Shown one piece after another: positions 27,832 to 39,873 of a stretch of 64,000 nucleotides of DNA. Every line of letters starts with the position of its first letter. Within the stretch, counting starts at the first letter, position 1. The notes below the pieces were generated by a model that worked only from the letters and a program-made list of their open reading frames with translations, made no database searches and was not told where the DNA came from. A program made the translations under genes and the position numbers. The stretch is from Blepharisma stoltei ATCC 30299 (lineage: Eukaryota > Protista > Ciliophora): contig CBFDEM010000040.1 of assembly GCA_965603825.1 (NCBI GenBank), forward strand, positions 620,001 to 684,000, given 5' to 3'.

Positions 27832-28202
27832 TTATAGAGCATGCATTGCTTTTATAATTGCATCCTTAACGCAATTATTTTTTAATTCATTAAAGCTTAT
27901 TCTTTCCTGCTGTGCACTTTTTGCTTTTATTTTCAGCACTTTTTGTTCTTTTATTGATGCCTTTTGTTGCTCAACTTTAGACTCAAATTCTTTTCTAGAC
28001 TCATTTTGTTTTCGAATTTCTTGAATTGACTCATAAACTTTATCTTTGTAACATTCATTGAAATCCATAAATGCCTTTCATTCATGATATCCCACAGAAT
28101 AATACGCTTTTTCTCCTTCTTCTTTTTTATTTTTTTTATGTTCTTCTTAGGTTCTTTGTATCCTGAAACTCCTTTATGTCCGATATGACTAGCTGTAACC
28201 AT
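27832..28202 (-). pseudogene. Frameshifted tandem copy of 27210-27638
   Basis: Near-identical 3' half and flanks. It is 58 nt shorter between the ATG and MDFNEC, which puts the two halves out of frame. Confidence 0.6.
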
Positions 28203-28949
28203 TTATTATTTAAAGAAAGAAAATGCGCATGATACATTCTAAGAGCTGATTTGAACTAGGCTTTGAGAGTTTTATAGAATATCTCCCAATGAAGATCTTG
28301 TTCATTAAGAGATCGAAATGTATTTTATTTTATGGAAAGAAATTTTTGCGCTTTATTGTTGGTATTATTTTATTTTTTCGAAATTTAAAGTAATGATGAG
28401 ATCTAGAGGAGTTAATTATAGAGTGAGATATATTTTAATAGAATCTTTGATTCTTCAATCAAAATACAGCCTATTTATTCGATATCTTAGGAAGACTTTA
28501 GCTCATCCACATTGTGAGATATTTTCACTCTATTTCGACTAAACATGAAAACGAGTCAACTCTAAAAATTGATAAATTCTCTTTCAGCGCTTAGAGCTGC
28601 TTAGGTATCTCCAAATTTAAGGAAACTAAAGCTATCACTATGGTATAGTATACTTCATGAGAAAAATGAAAATCGAATTTTTAATAAGCTTGATCTAAGG
28701 ATAAAGATGATATTAAGCTTCTTTATTTATTTGCATAAAATATTTTTGCATTTTATGAACAGTTATCTGCAATCAACATTCCTGAATTTAAATAATTTTA
28801 GAGTATATAAATCTATAATTTGAACAATTTCTCTAGGAAATACATTTAATTTTGTCCTAACTTAACACTATCAATAAGTATATGCTCATTGAGGTTAAAT
28901 TCTTCATTATATGCCATTTGCCAAGCTTTAGCAAATTCCTCGCCAAGAT

Positions 28950-30242
28950 ATGTCTAAACTAAACACAAGGACATTTCATTTTCTCTTTAGATATCTGGTC
29001 AGAACAGTAATAATAATGTTTCGTGGGATAATTCCTTACAGTTGTCTTAATATTGACTGCAGCTGGACAGATCCGTTTAGAGCAATCAAAAGAGTCTTTT
29101 ACACATCTGAAAGCTCTGCAGTGCTCGTCAGGAGAATTTCCCAGTTATTTCCTCAAGAGAAAAACGTATTAGTGACAATAAGTGTCAGAACAGCTGTTGA
29201 TTTGCTTTTGCAAGTTTTAGCGCTTCCTGCAGGAAGTGAAATCATCATGTCTGCTATCAATATCCCAGAAATTGTAAGAATCATCAAAATCCACAACTGT
29301 GTTCCAGTGCCTGTCGACATTGATATCGGAAACTTAGCTACCTCAGTTGACAGAGTTGAAGCTGCAATCACCCCAAAAACTAAGCTTGTCTTGGTCGCAT
29401 CTATATTTGGCACCAAAAATAGTTTGGCTGATATAGCAAAACTAACTAAAAAACATAACTTGATTCTATTTGAAGACTGTGCAGAAGGGTATTGTGGAAA
29501 TGGATACTCAGGAGACCCAAATGCTGACATAACTGCATTCAGTTTTGGGCCAATTAAAACTTCGACAGCTTTTCAAGGAGCCATTTCTTTCATTCGAAAT
29601 GAAGAGCTTTTTAAAGAAATGGAGACCCTCCACAGCTTTTATCCAGCCCAAAAATCCAGGGTTTTCCTTAAAAAAGTCCTTAAATACTCTTTTGGAAAAC
29701 TTTTGATTAATTCTAGGTACATAAATGCAGCTGCAAGAAAGTTTTCTTTAAAATTCAAAATTGATTACAAAAAATATGTAGTCGCCATGATGAGGGCTTT
29801 TACACCAGGCCAAGATTTAACTATTTATCGGTCTCAGCCTTCGAAAGCAATGCTTTCATTTTTGCTTCAAAGGATCCAAACTTTTAATGAGGCGGTCTTT
29901 GAAAAACAGATGGAAAATATCAGAATTGGCACAGAAGTCTTGGAATCAAGCGGACTGCAAATTCCTGGAGGCAATGGACCTAGAAGAAATTATTGGCTGT
30001 ACCCAGTACTTGTTGACAATCCTGAAGAGATATGTAGGCAGCTTCAAAACCTAGGCATTGATGCTTATAAAGGCGTTTCTCAGCTTAATGTCATCGAAAC
30101 AGAGGACGCTTTTCATCAGAAGCCTGAAAATGCAATAAAAATGTTTGAAAAACTCATTTATATTCCTATGCATAAGAATATCCCACCTAATGATATTGGA
30201 AAGATCTTCTCAATGGTTTCTAAAGTAATCCAAGATAATTAA
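28950..30242 (+). CDS. DegT/DnrJ/EryC1/StrS-family PLP-dependent aminotransferase (start may be ATG 29016)
   Basis: PVPVDID, AAITPKTK, LFEDCAE, FSFGPIKT (PLP lysine), YWLYPV, IYIPMH. Confidence 0.85.
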   Translation: MSKLNTRTFHFLFRYLVRTVIIMFRGIIPYSCLNIDCSWTDPFRAIKRVFYTSESSAVLVRRISQLFPQEKNVLVTISVRTAVDLLLQVLALPAGSEIIMSAINIPEIVRIIKIHNCVPVPVDIDIGNLATSVDRVEAAITPKTKLVLVASIFGTKNSLADIAKLTKKHNLILFEDCAEGYCGNGYSGDPNADITAFSFGPIKTSTAFQGAISFIRNEELFKEMETLHSFYPAQKSRVFLKKVLKYSFGKLLINSRYINAAARKFSLKFKIDYKKYVVAMMRAFTPGQDLTIYRSQPSKAMLSFLLQRIQTFNEAVFEKQMENIRIGTEVLESSGLQIPGGNGPRRNYWLYPVLVDNPEEICRQLQNLGIDAYKGVSQLNVIETEDAFHQKPENAIKMFEKLIYIPMHKNIPPNDIGKIFSMVSKVIQDN

Positions 30243-30266
30243 GTTTAAATAATTATTAATTATCAA

Positions 30267-30485
30267 ATGGAGTTCAGGAGTATGACACAAAAACAGTATG
30301 TGAATTGAATGTTTTGGCTTGGATTTTTGCTAGCCATGGCTTATGTGGTGTTCACTATGCTGGAATCGTCAATGAGCTGTATTGATGCTGATGGGTGCCT
30401 TAAAACTTGGTGTGAAATGGACTGGCTTGAATCAGAAGTGCAAGACAAGATAAGACAAAATGATTGCATACTTCTAAATAAATAA
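30267..30485 (+). CDS. 72-aa single-TM micro-protein with four Cys (not in ORF track)
   Basis: MEFRSMTQKQYVN[W]MFWLGFLLAMAYVVFTMLESSMSCIDADGCLKTWCEMDWLESEVQDKIRQNDCILLNK*. A GC-richer island between AT-rich spacers, with one in-frame TGA. Confidence 0.65.
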
Positions 30486-30691
30486 TTCCTGTTCTTACTT
30501 ATTTTTTGAAATTTTTGCGCTCACTCGGATGTTTATATCAAAATTTTGCATTTCTTTATAATTATAGCAAACTTTATTATATGAATTATTTAAAAGGATT
30601 TCTATAATAACTCGCTCGCATTGCTAGATTATTTTCTATATTAATTGGAGAATTAAGTATTTATAATAATTCAATATAAAAATAAACCAGT

Positions 30692-31267
30692 ATGGAAGGA
30701 TCAGCAAAAGTTATTTTTGTGCTTGGTGGGCCTGGGGTTGGCAAAGGTACCCAATGTCAAAAACTAGTCCAAGAGCACTCAAACTTTGTCCATCTTTCTG
30801 CTGGTGAATTATTAAGAGGAGCACGAGCAGGCAATCATAGGTTTAAAGAAGTTATAGAAAGTAATATAAATGCTGGTAGAATCGTTCCATCAGAAATCAC
30901 AGTCGAACTCTTAAGAGAAGCTATGATAAACCAAGGATGGGCAGCCAAGAGATTTCTCATTGATGGATTCCCAAGAAACGAAGAAAATTATGAAACATGG
31001 AACAGGATTCTCCCTGAGGTAGAGGTTGAATGCTGCCTATTTTTAGACTGCAATCATGATTTGATGGTTGAGCGCATCAGAAGTAGAGGAGGAGGCAGAT
31101 CTGATGATGATCCAGAAATTGTGAAGAAAAGACTTGTAACTTATGAAGAACAAACCAGGCCAATTATTAATAGATATCAAAGTCTTGGAAAATTAAGGAC
31201 TGTTAGTTCTGAGGGAACTCTTGAAGAAGTCTATCAAAATGTTCTAAGTGCTCTAGAAATATCTTAA
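30692..31267 (+). CDS. CMPK: UMP-CMP kinase (adenylate kinase family)
   Basis: VIFVLGGPGVGKGTQC, HLSAGELLR, GRIVPSEIT, FLIDGFPRN, GRSDD. Confidence 0.92.
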   Translation: MEGSAKVIFVLGGPGVGKGTQCQKLVQEHSNFVHLSAGELLRGARAGNHRFKEVIESNINAGRIVPSEITVELLREAMINQGWAAKRFLIDGFPRNEENYETWNRILPEVEVECCLFLDCNHDLMVERIRSRGGGRSDDDPEIVKKRLVTYEEQTRPIINRYQSLGKLRTVSSEGTLEEVYQNVLSALEIS

Positions 31268-31319
31268 TTATTTTCTGGAAATTCTTAATATAAAACACAT
31301 TTAAATCGATGCTAATTAA

Positions 31320-34300
31320 TTATGCTTTCGGTATTACTCTCCACTGGAAGACGCATTGATCATCTCCTCCAGTACTAAACAAATACCTATCATCCACACT
31401 GAACTTAACATTCGTCACATGTGAGCTATGCCCTCTTCCTAAAGCAGACTCAGCTCCTTTAACAATGCATGGATACCTAAACACCTTAACAGTACTAAAA
31501 TCGTCACCAGTCGCTAACAAGTAATATTCATTATTTCCAAACTTTCTCTTACTTCTATCAGTTGCATTCACATCAGTCCCATCTGAATAAGGCGGATAAA
31601 TTTCTTGAACTGGCCATCCAATCACACAGCTCCAAGTAGCCCAGTGCTCATCTCTCAGCGACGTGGCCCCAGAAGTTATTTGTTTCCCTGTATTTGCATC
31701 CCAAAACAGCAGCTCATACGCTCCACAATTAGAATGAAGGAAATTTGAGTCCTGAGACCAGTCAAAATGAGTGATATAAGAGCTATGTCCTTTGCAGATT
31801 GCAATACGATTAAAATCAGAAACCGTATAAATGTCAATAAAATTGTCATGAGACCCTACAGCAAGCTTTTCTCCGTCTGGCGAAAATTTCACATCAGAAA
31901 TTTCTTCTTTTCTGTTTTTCTTTTGAGTGATGATTTCCCAAGAATTTAGGTCTATAATGGTAAATGAGCCGTCTTTAAAGCCAACAACAAGCATTGAGCC
32001 GCTTGGATGGACACCTATGCATCTAGCCATGGCTGAGATTGGGATTTCAATATTTTCAGTGAATTTAAGCACGTGGATTTGGGATCTGCTTTCAATGTCC
32101 CAGAGTCTTAGAGTTCCATCATCAGAAGCTGTGATATAGTTTCTTCTGTTAGGTAAAACTGCGAGTCCCCACACTTCATTTGTGACAGTTCTGCCTCTTG
32201 AAGGAGTATAATGACCTACAACTAGTCTTCTAAAGTCGTTAGATCTTATATTGACTTCATAAATTTCTGAGCCATATGTTCCAACAGCTAGCCATTCACC
32301 ATCTCCTGATATGCTTGCAGCTCTAATTAATGGACAAATAGACCCGTGCTGATTGAAATCAAATGATTTTAACTTTCTTAATGTAAGGTCCAGAATATGC
32401 ACAAGTCCATCTTTGCCGCCTGACACAATTGTTCTTGTATCAGTCCATAAGCTATCGACCGCTTTTTGGTGGACTTCATAAGCTTTAACTGCTCCAGTTC
32501 CTTTCCATTTAATAATCTCTCCAGATCCTGCTCCTGTATACACATCAGCTCCAATTGCAATCGCGCTTAACAAATTTGTATTATTTTTTCCAAAAACTCC
32601 TTTTTTGCCAGTCACAGTTCCTCCAGCAAGACTTCAGGCTTTATAATGCTTGATCCCAACAGTCACAAATGAGCTTTCGGCAGTAAAGACTACGGTAAGG
32701 ATTTTTTCTCTATCTCCTTTAACAAAACAAATAACAGCCCCTGTTTTCAAATTAAAGACCGCTACATTGTGGTCATCTCCAGCACTAACAGCTACAAGCA
32801 TCCCTCCAGAAGGAGAAAATGCAAGAGCAGCTACACCATTTTCAATCGGTTTCTTAAACTGTGCTACTGGCATTAATGAAGAAGTATCCCACACATAAAT
32901 GCTTGGCCTCCTTCCTACTTCTCCTGTAGCTGCTAATTCTTTATTAGGGCTTAAGGCAAATGCAGTGACATCATCGACATGTTTATTGAAAAATGACTGA
33001 GAATGGGAGTCTCTTTCATAAATAATTCCAAGTCCAGCAGCATGATATATAAGTCTTCCGTCAGGGAGATATAATAAGTTGTTTCTGCAGTCTTTTCCTC
33101 TATAGCCATGGACAAATTCTAACTCAATGTCAACAGCTGGGGCGAGTTTTTGGTTCCTAGTAGGTCTTTTGAAATCTGAAGGAGCTTTTAAGGCACCAAT
33201 CCAAGGTTTGGTCGCCATAAATTCATCGCCTTGGCCTGCTTCTTCGAGCTTAAAAAAGTCTTCTTCGGCGTTTCCGTCTTCAAGCTTAGCTTTAGCTTTT
33301 TCTTTTTTGTCAGCTTTCTTTTGAAGGATTTCTGTTGTGGTGATTTCTTCAGGCTCTTCTGATTTTTCTTCTTCGGCTTCTTCTACTTCATGAGGCTCAT
33401 TTATGTCAGTTTTCCATATTAAAATACTTTGCTCTGCAATGGAGATAAGGTAATTATCATCAGCAGAAAACCTTAAAGAGGAGGCTGGAGATGAGTGGCC
33501 TTTAAATGACTTGCAAGCTTGTTTTGGGGCTACTGCTGGGTATTTATAAAGGTTAATCCTTTGATTTTCGTCACTTGTAGCAAGTAGTTTTCCATTGTTC
33601 GAGCTGCAGACTGCAATGGTCTTAAGACCTTCTTGTCAGGCTGATTGTGATTGCCATCCTAATGGACAAGTCCAGTTTCTCCATTCAAGATCTTTGATGG
33701 ATTCAAAAGGAACAGAAGACTGAGAGTTTATGCTTATAAATCTGAGCTCAGCTTTGGAAGTGTTAACGGCGAGAATTGAGGAATCTGAAGACCAGGATAA
33801 ATGCTCAATACCTCCTGATATGTCTGGCTTAATTTCTGAAGTAATGGATAAATTGCTGCCACTTATTGTTATGATTTGGATATCGCCTCCTGCAAATCCT
33901 AAGGCGATTTTTTCATTATCAGGGGAAAATTTAACTGATGTTGCTTCAGAGCCAGCTGACTTATGGAATAGATGCGAGGCAGAAAGGTTTGGTAGATTTC
34001 CAGCATCAAATAGGGTTAATTTTCCTGATGCTACGACTGCTGCTAAGAATAGTCCATTTGAAGACCAGTCAATAGACACAAATGGTTCTTGTGAATCAAT
34101 CGAAGCAATTGCAGATTTTTGATCAATATCCCACAATCTCAATGCTTTATCTCCTCCACACGTAGCAAAAATACTTGCTACCCTTGGATGAGCCGCCAAT
34201 CCTTTTAATTCTCCTTCAAAGCTTCCTGGGTTTATCACACTTGCATTTTCCCATCCAGAAATATTCAAAATCTGTGACGATTTCGTTCCTACCAGGACAT

Positions 34301-37300
34301 TTCCTTCCCCATTTACATCAATTGACCTAATTCCATAACTAGTAAACTGACTAATCGCAAAGCTTCTTAAGCTTCTAAACGAGCTGTCCCATTGCTTCAC
34401 AGTCCCTTCAGACCCTCCACTAATAAGCTGTTGCTCAAGGGCACACAAAGAAAGGACGCTTCCATCATGAGCTTTTATGTATCTTTCTAAATTTTTCCCA
34501 TCCCATATAAACAAATTCCCTTGCTTTGTCCCAGTCACTAATTTCTTATTATAAAAAACTCCACAGTATTGTTCTTCAAAAGCTTTTACAGCTGAATTTC
34601 CTTTAGTTGCTGTGCAGTTTTGGCTAGCTGCAGTAAAGAATTTTATAAATTTCGGCCCAAAAATTACCAATTCAGTATTGGAAACAAATAAAGCCCCATT
34701 AACCAGTCCTTTATCCACTTTAGTGCTGCAGATTAGCCTGTTATTTTGCCAGTCATAGACTGCCAGACTATGGTCACTATCAGTGCCTACTGATAAAAGT
34801 TTGGCTCCATTTGGTGAAAAATTGAGAAATCTTATAGAACTTGTATGGAAACCCGCAAGTGAGCAGACATTTTGCATAGTTTCTGAGTCCCAGATGTGGA
34901 TTTCAGGCTTAGAACCTTTAAGCTTGCTATATGCCCCAGTTGCTACTAGCTTTTTGTTAGGGTGTAATGCAAGAGAAGTGACTTCTCCTGTATGGAGTTT
35001 ATAATATTGCTGAATTTTTGACGATGGGTCTAATAGAACTCCAAATGTGGATGCAGGGTAAATTATTTTTCCATCACTGAGGAATTTCAAATTATCTCTA
35101 GGAGCATTGTATCCAAACGCATGGAAAATATCAATTTCTTCGTCAGGCATTTTGGCAAGGGCTGGAATTGCTGAGAATCCTGTAGGTGAAGCAGTTTTTA
35201 CTTCATCTTGCCATGATAAGATGATTTCTGATTTAATAGGCTTTTTGGCGACTGATTTTTCTTCAGCTTGCTCTATAGGCTCTTCTTGGATTTCTTCAGC
35301 TCCTTCTTCATGAAAACTCCATTGGAAAATAGCTTTATCACCTCCTCCAGTTGTAATTAGTTTATCTCCAAGGAACCTACAATTAGTGACATGAGCTGAA
35401 TGTCCTCTATATGCATTGAACCCTGACCCTTTAACTGCACATGGATACTTAAACAGTTTTACCTGCCCAAAGTCATCAGCAGTCGCTACCACTCTTCTCG
35501 AAGGACTTCTATTCAATGCATTTACATCAGTCCCATCAGAGCAAGGTGGCCAAATTCCTTGAACAGGCCATCCAATAATGCAAGACCAAGTTTTCCAGGC
35601 TTCATCTTTAAATTCAGATGAGCCACCAGGTAGGTGTTTTCCATTAGTGATATCATGATAAAGGATTTCATAGCTCATACTATTTGACTGGATAATATGT
35701 CCATTCATAGAAAAGTCAATATGAGTAATTGCAGAGCTGTGACCTTTCATTTTATGGAGAAGTCTGAAGCTGCCTACTTCGTAAATAAATATTAAAGCAT
35801 CGTGAGCTCCTACAGCTAAATGAGAGCTGTCAGGGGAAAATTTTATTTCTGAGATTGGCTTTTTGCGGTCATGGGCTGAGTGGAGGATTTGTAAGGATTC
35901 TGAGTTGTAGATGAGAATTTTGCCTGACTCGAGACCGACAGCTATTAAGTCACCATTGGGAGAATAGTCAACTGTCATACAAGCAGCTTCTAGCTTAGCT
36001 TGGTTTATTTGGATCTTTGTAGATGAGTCCCAAATAGATAGTAAGCAGTCTTGTCCAGCAGTTGCAAATTTAGTTTGGCTAGGATGTGTGGCAAGTCCCC
36101 AGAGTTCTTTATCATAATGCCCTTTCATTACTATCCTGCTTTCTGCGCCAGAAATTTCATATATTTCACTAGCTCTAGTCCCTACCAAAATCTTCCCATT
36201 TCTTCCTTCAAATACACTTCTAATCTTTGGTAGCAGACTACCTGCAGATTTTATATCAAAACTTTGTATTTTGGCCAATCTTTCGTCTAGAATATGGATC
36301 ATCCCATCATTTCCTCCTGAAATAATTCCATTTCCTGCAGGTCTCTGTGATAGACAAATAATGCTTGACTCGTGGACTTTGACGGCATCTCCTAGCGTAT
36401 TTTCATTCCATCTAAAAATGCAGCCATTAAAAGCACCAGTCACTGGAGTGCCACTAATAAAGCCGATACTTACTAAAGCTTGTTGCTGAGTATTTGGGGT
36501 CTTATTCCAGCCAATACCTTTTTTCGCTGTAATTGTATTGCTGTTTATGGTCAAAACTTCATAGACTTTAACTCCACAAGCAATAAGTTTATTAGGAATG
36601 GTAGGGTGGAACTTTAAATCCATAAAATTGTCTTTACCAGCCTTTCCAGTCGCAGACACATTTTGCATAGCTCCTGATTTTCCTGTTGTTTTATTTATGT
36701 CATAAATCACTACACAATGGTCATCGTCAGCGCCCATAGCGGCTATTTGGCTTCCGTCAGGAGAAAAAGTGATTATCGAGATACCTTTGGTAAAAACTCC
36801 TTTAAAAGTTTTGAGGCATTCCATTGTTTCTGTATTCCAGACACATAATAAAGGACTTTTTCCGATTTCACCTGTGGCTGCAAGAGTCCCATCTGGGCTT
36901 ATATCAAAAGAAATGATATCGTCAGTGTGGGCAATAAAATGGTTTTGGGTATTAGCAGAAGTGTTAAGGGCAACTCCTATAGCGGCTGTATGATAAAGGA
37001 CGTCTCCATTTGCAGTGTATTTTATATTATTTCTGACATCATGACTTCTGTAGCCATATACATATTCAAGTTCTAAATTTGCATCTGGAGGGTCGTCATC
37101 TCCAGCTTTTCTTCTATACCCAGTTGGAACTGAAGATCTAACTGCTGCTTCCCATGGTTTTACAGCTCCAAACTGATCGCCTTCTCCTACTTCAACAATA
37201 TCAAAGTAATTTTCTTCTCCGTTTTTCACTTTTTCTTGTACCGCAGTTCTCTTGAACTTTTTCTTGTCAGTTTCATTTTCTAAGTCACTGTCAACTTCTG

Positions 37301-37883
37301 GGCTTTCTTCACTTCCCCAGTTAGGGCGTTTATCTTCAGTCGTAATAAGTTCAAGCTTTTCAAGTATTTGCACAAGCTCTATATCTCGTGTAATAAAGCT
37401 GACCCATTCCCTAATGGAGATTGTATTATCATGATTGACATCAACTTTGTCAAATACCCTATGAGTATGCTCATTTAGGTGGTCAGGTGAGAAGGCTGGT
37501 GCTCCTGTCATATGGCAAAGGGCATTCATCCCAGTTGTGAGCATCACAAGAAGCTCATCAAAAGAAATAGAAAGGGAATGATCTAAATCGTATAGCTGGA
37601 ATAGCAGATTTGCTTTGGTTTCTAGTGATGAGTCTGAAATGATTATCAAGCCTCCTATAAGCTCATAAACATCAATTTTTCCGCTTGAGGATGGGTCAAA
37701 GAGCTGCCCTACTAGTTCACATTGAGATGGGGAAAGTGATAAAACTGGCTCAATTTCTTGAACTGATAAAGAACGAGAAGATTCAAAAAGTTTGGAGTTT
37801 TCATAGAGAGCGTTGATTTGGTCAGAGGTAAGGACAAGAGACTTTAAGTCTGGATGGACATGATGAGATTCGCTGATACCCAT
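31320..37883 (-). CDS. EML5/EML6-like WD40 (HELP/TAPE x3) microtubule-associated protein with N-terminal EF-hands (~2,187 aa)
   Basis: Three HELP-like starts (LELEYVYGYRSHDVRNN, IDIFHAFGY, IELEFVHGYRGKDCRNN), WSCIIGWPVQ, EF-hands DLDHSLSISFDE and DVNHDNTISIRE. ORFs join in frame through TGA 33636 and 32634. Confidence 0.9.
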
Positions 37884-38026
37884 TTATTTATTAGAGTTAT
37901 TTTTAGAAATTATTAGCTTAGCTAGATGTATCAGAAAATGAAAAATAGATAAAATTTTGCAGCTGGGAGGTTAGGAATGAAGGTAATTTTTATTTAAATT
38001 ATTACTGTATCATACCAAGATGTGTA

Positions 38027-39082
38027 TTATCGATTTTTTGAATTTCCTGAGACGCCAAATTTTTTAATTTGCAGTCTGAGTTTTGCGTTTTCTGACTTTA
38101 CTTTGTCAAGGACTTCTTCTAGTTTTGAGCACTCTAAGACTAAATATTTGCTGTTTGACTCTGCTAATTTTTGTTCAGATGATAATTTCGTGATTTCAAT
38201 TTCTTGTGATTTTAATAAGGATTCTTTTGAGACATGAAGCTCTTTTAACTTCTGCAGCTCCAACTCATTAGTTTTATTTGAAAAGAAGTCTTGATTTCTT
38301 ATTTCAACAACTCCGCTTGTCAAGCTCTGGACCATTAAAGTCTTAGACTCAAGCTGGCTGTTTAAGCTAGAAATCAAATCTTCCTGCTCTTTTTTAATTT
38401 TTGAAAAATTTAGGGCATGCTTTTCTTCTTCTCTCTTGATTTGTTCTTCTAAATCTTGCACCTCATTTTCAAAGTTTCTACATAATAAAAGCTCATGATT
38501 TCTGATATCTTGCTCTAAGACCCTTATTTCTGTAATTAAATTGCTTTTTATTAGTTTATTGTCAGTTTTTCGAACTTTTATATGCTGCTCTACTCTTCGC
38601 TGTTTTTTTAAAATAATTTCAATTTCAGAGGAAAGCTTGCTGATATCGTCTGCTAAAATTTCTTTTTTGCAGTCCATTTCTTCTTCTAAAGCTTTAAATT
38701 GTTCTTCGTGTGATGATTTTATGCTGGCTAAGTTGTCTTCTTCTAATTGTTTTGATATATTATTTTCTTGGTTTAAAATTTCTAGTTGTTTTTTTAATGA
38801 ATTTTGAATTCGTTGAGATGTCTTGGCTTGGAGAGCTATTTGTTGACTAAGCATATCAACTTGAAAGTGATGGTGAGATTCATGCTCATCAGAATTCCGT
38901 GAAGAAGCAGTATCATTTATTTTAAGAATCGAGTTTTGAGAAATCGATTTACAAAAATTTAAGTCTAGAGGGTGATTTCCTATATTTCACGAGTTGCAAC
39001 GTGGAATTGTGAGATTTGATGTATTTCTTTCGCCAGATATTGTAATCCTCATGTGTTGTTTATGATATTTTGTTCGGGACAT
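38027..39082 (-). CDS. Coiled-coil hypothetical protein (~351 aa)
   Basis: The ORF extends in frame to ATG 39082 through one TGA; E/K/L-rich heptads. Confidence 0.7.
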
Positions 39083-39873
39083 TTATAAATATTAATCCAG
39101 TATTTTTTTAACTTGAAATCTGAGGATTTTCTTTAATAAAATTAATAGCAGGGATAATAACAAATAATTTAGAGAAAATTGATAAATAATTATATCTGAA
39201 AAATTTCTTCTATTTGTATCTAATTTAGGGATTTTTATCGAGGCTGGGGTATATTACTTCGCTCGGAGATTTGCTATTGCGCTCGAAGAATTTAACTCAC
39301 TCTCCATAATAATGTTAAATTAAATAATTATAGCTCGAATTTTTAGTTTTCAGCTGATTGATTATGTGAAAGTTATAATTTCTCGAATTAAAAATTGTTT
39401 CTTGGAATCTTTTAGGTTAAGTCGATTTTAAATTTTAATCGAAGCTTATTCAATTCATTTATTCAATCCTCTTCCATTTCAACATTCCTTTTTATTTCAA
39501 GAGCCAGCTCATAATATCTAAACAAATTTTGTGCACACTCGCGGAGAATAGAAGCAAGCATAATATATGCTATCCTCTTGGCATTTATCTTCAACATATT
39601 ATTTCAAGCAGCTCAAACTATTTGAATCATTTAATTATAAATTATCTATATTTTTCATTAATTGATTATTTTTGCAATCATCGGAATATAAATACTTAGA
39701 TAGATAGAAATTTTTTAGTTATTATTTATACAATTTCGACATTTCTATATTTCATTATATATTTTAAGCTCATTTACTATAAATAAGGGTCTTTAATTAC
39801 TAAAAATGCAAATAACTATTCCATTTGTTCTATTATGATTACTATTTTAAATCTTTATAGCCAAGTAAATCAA

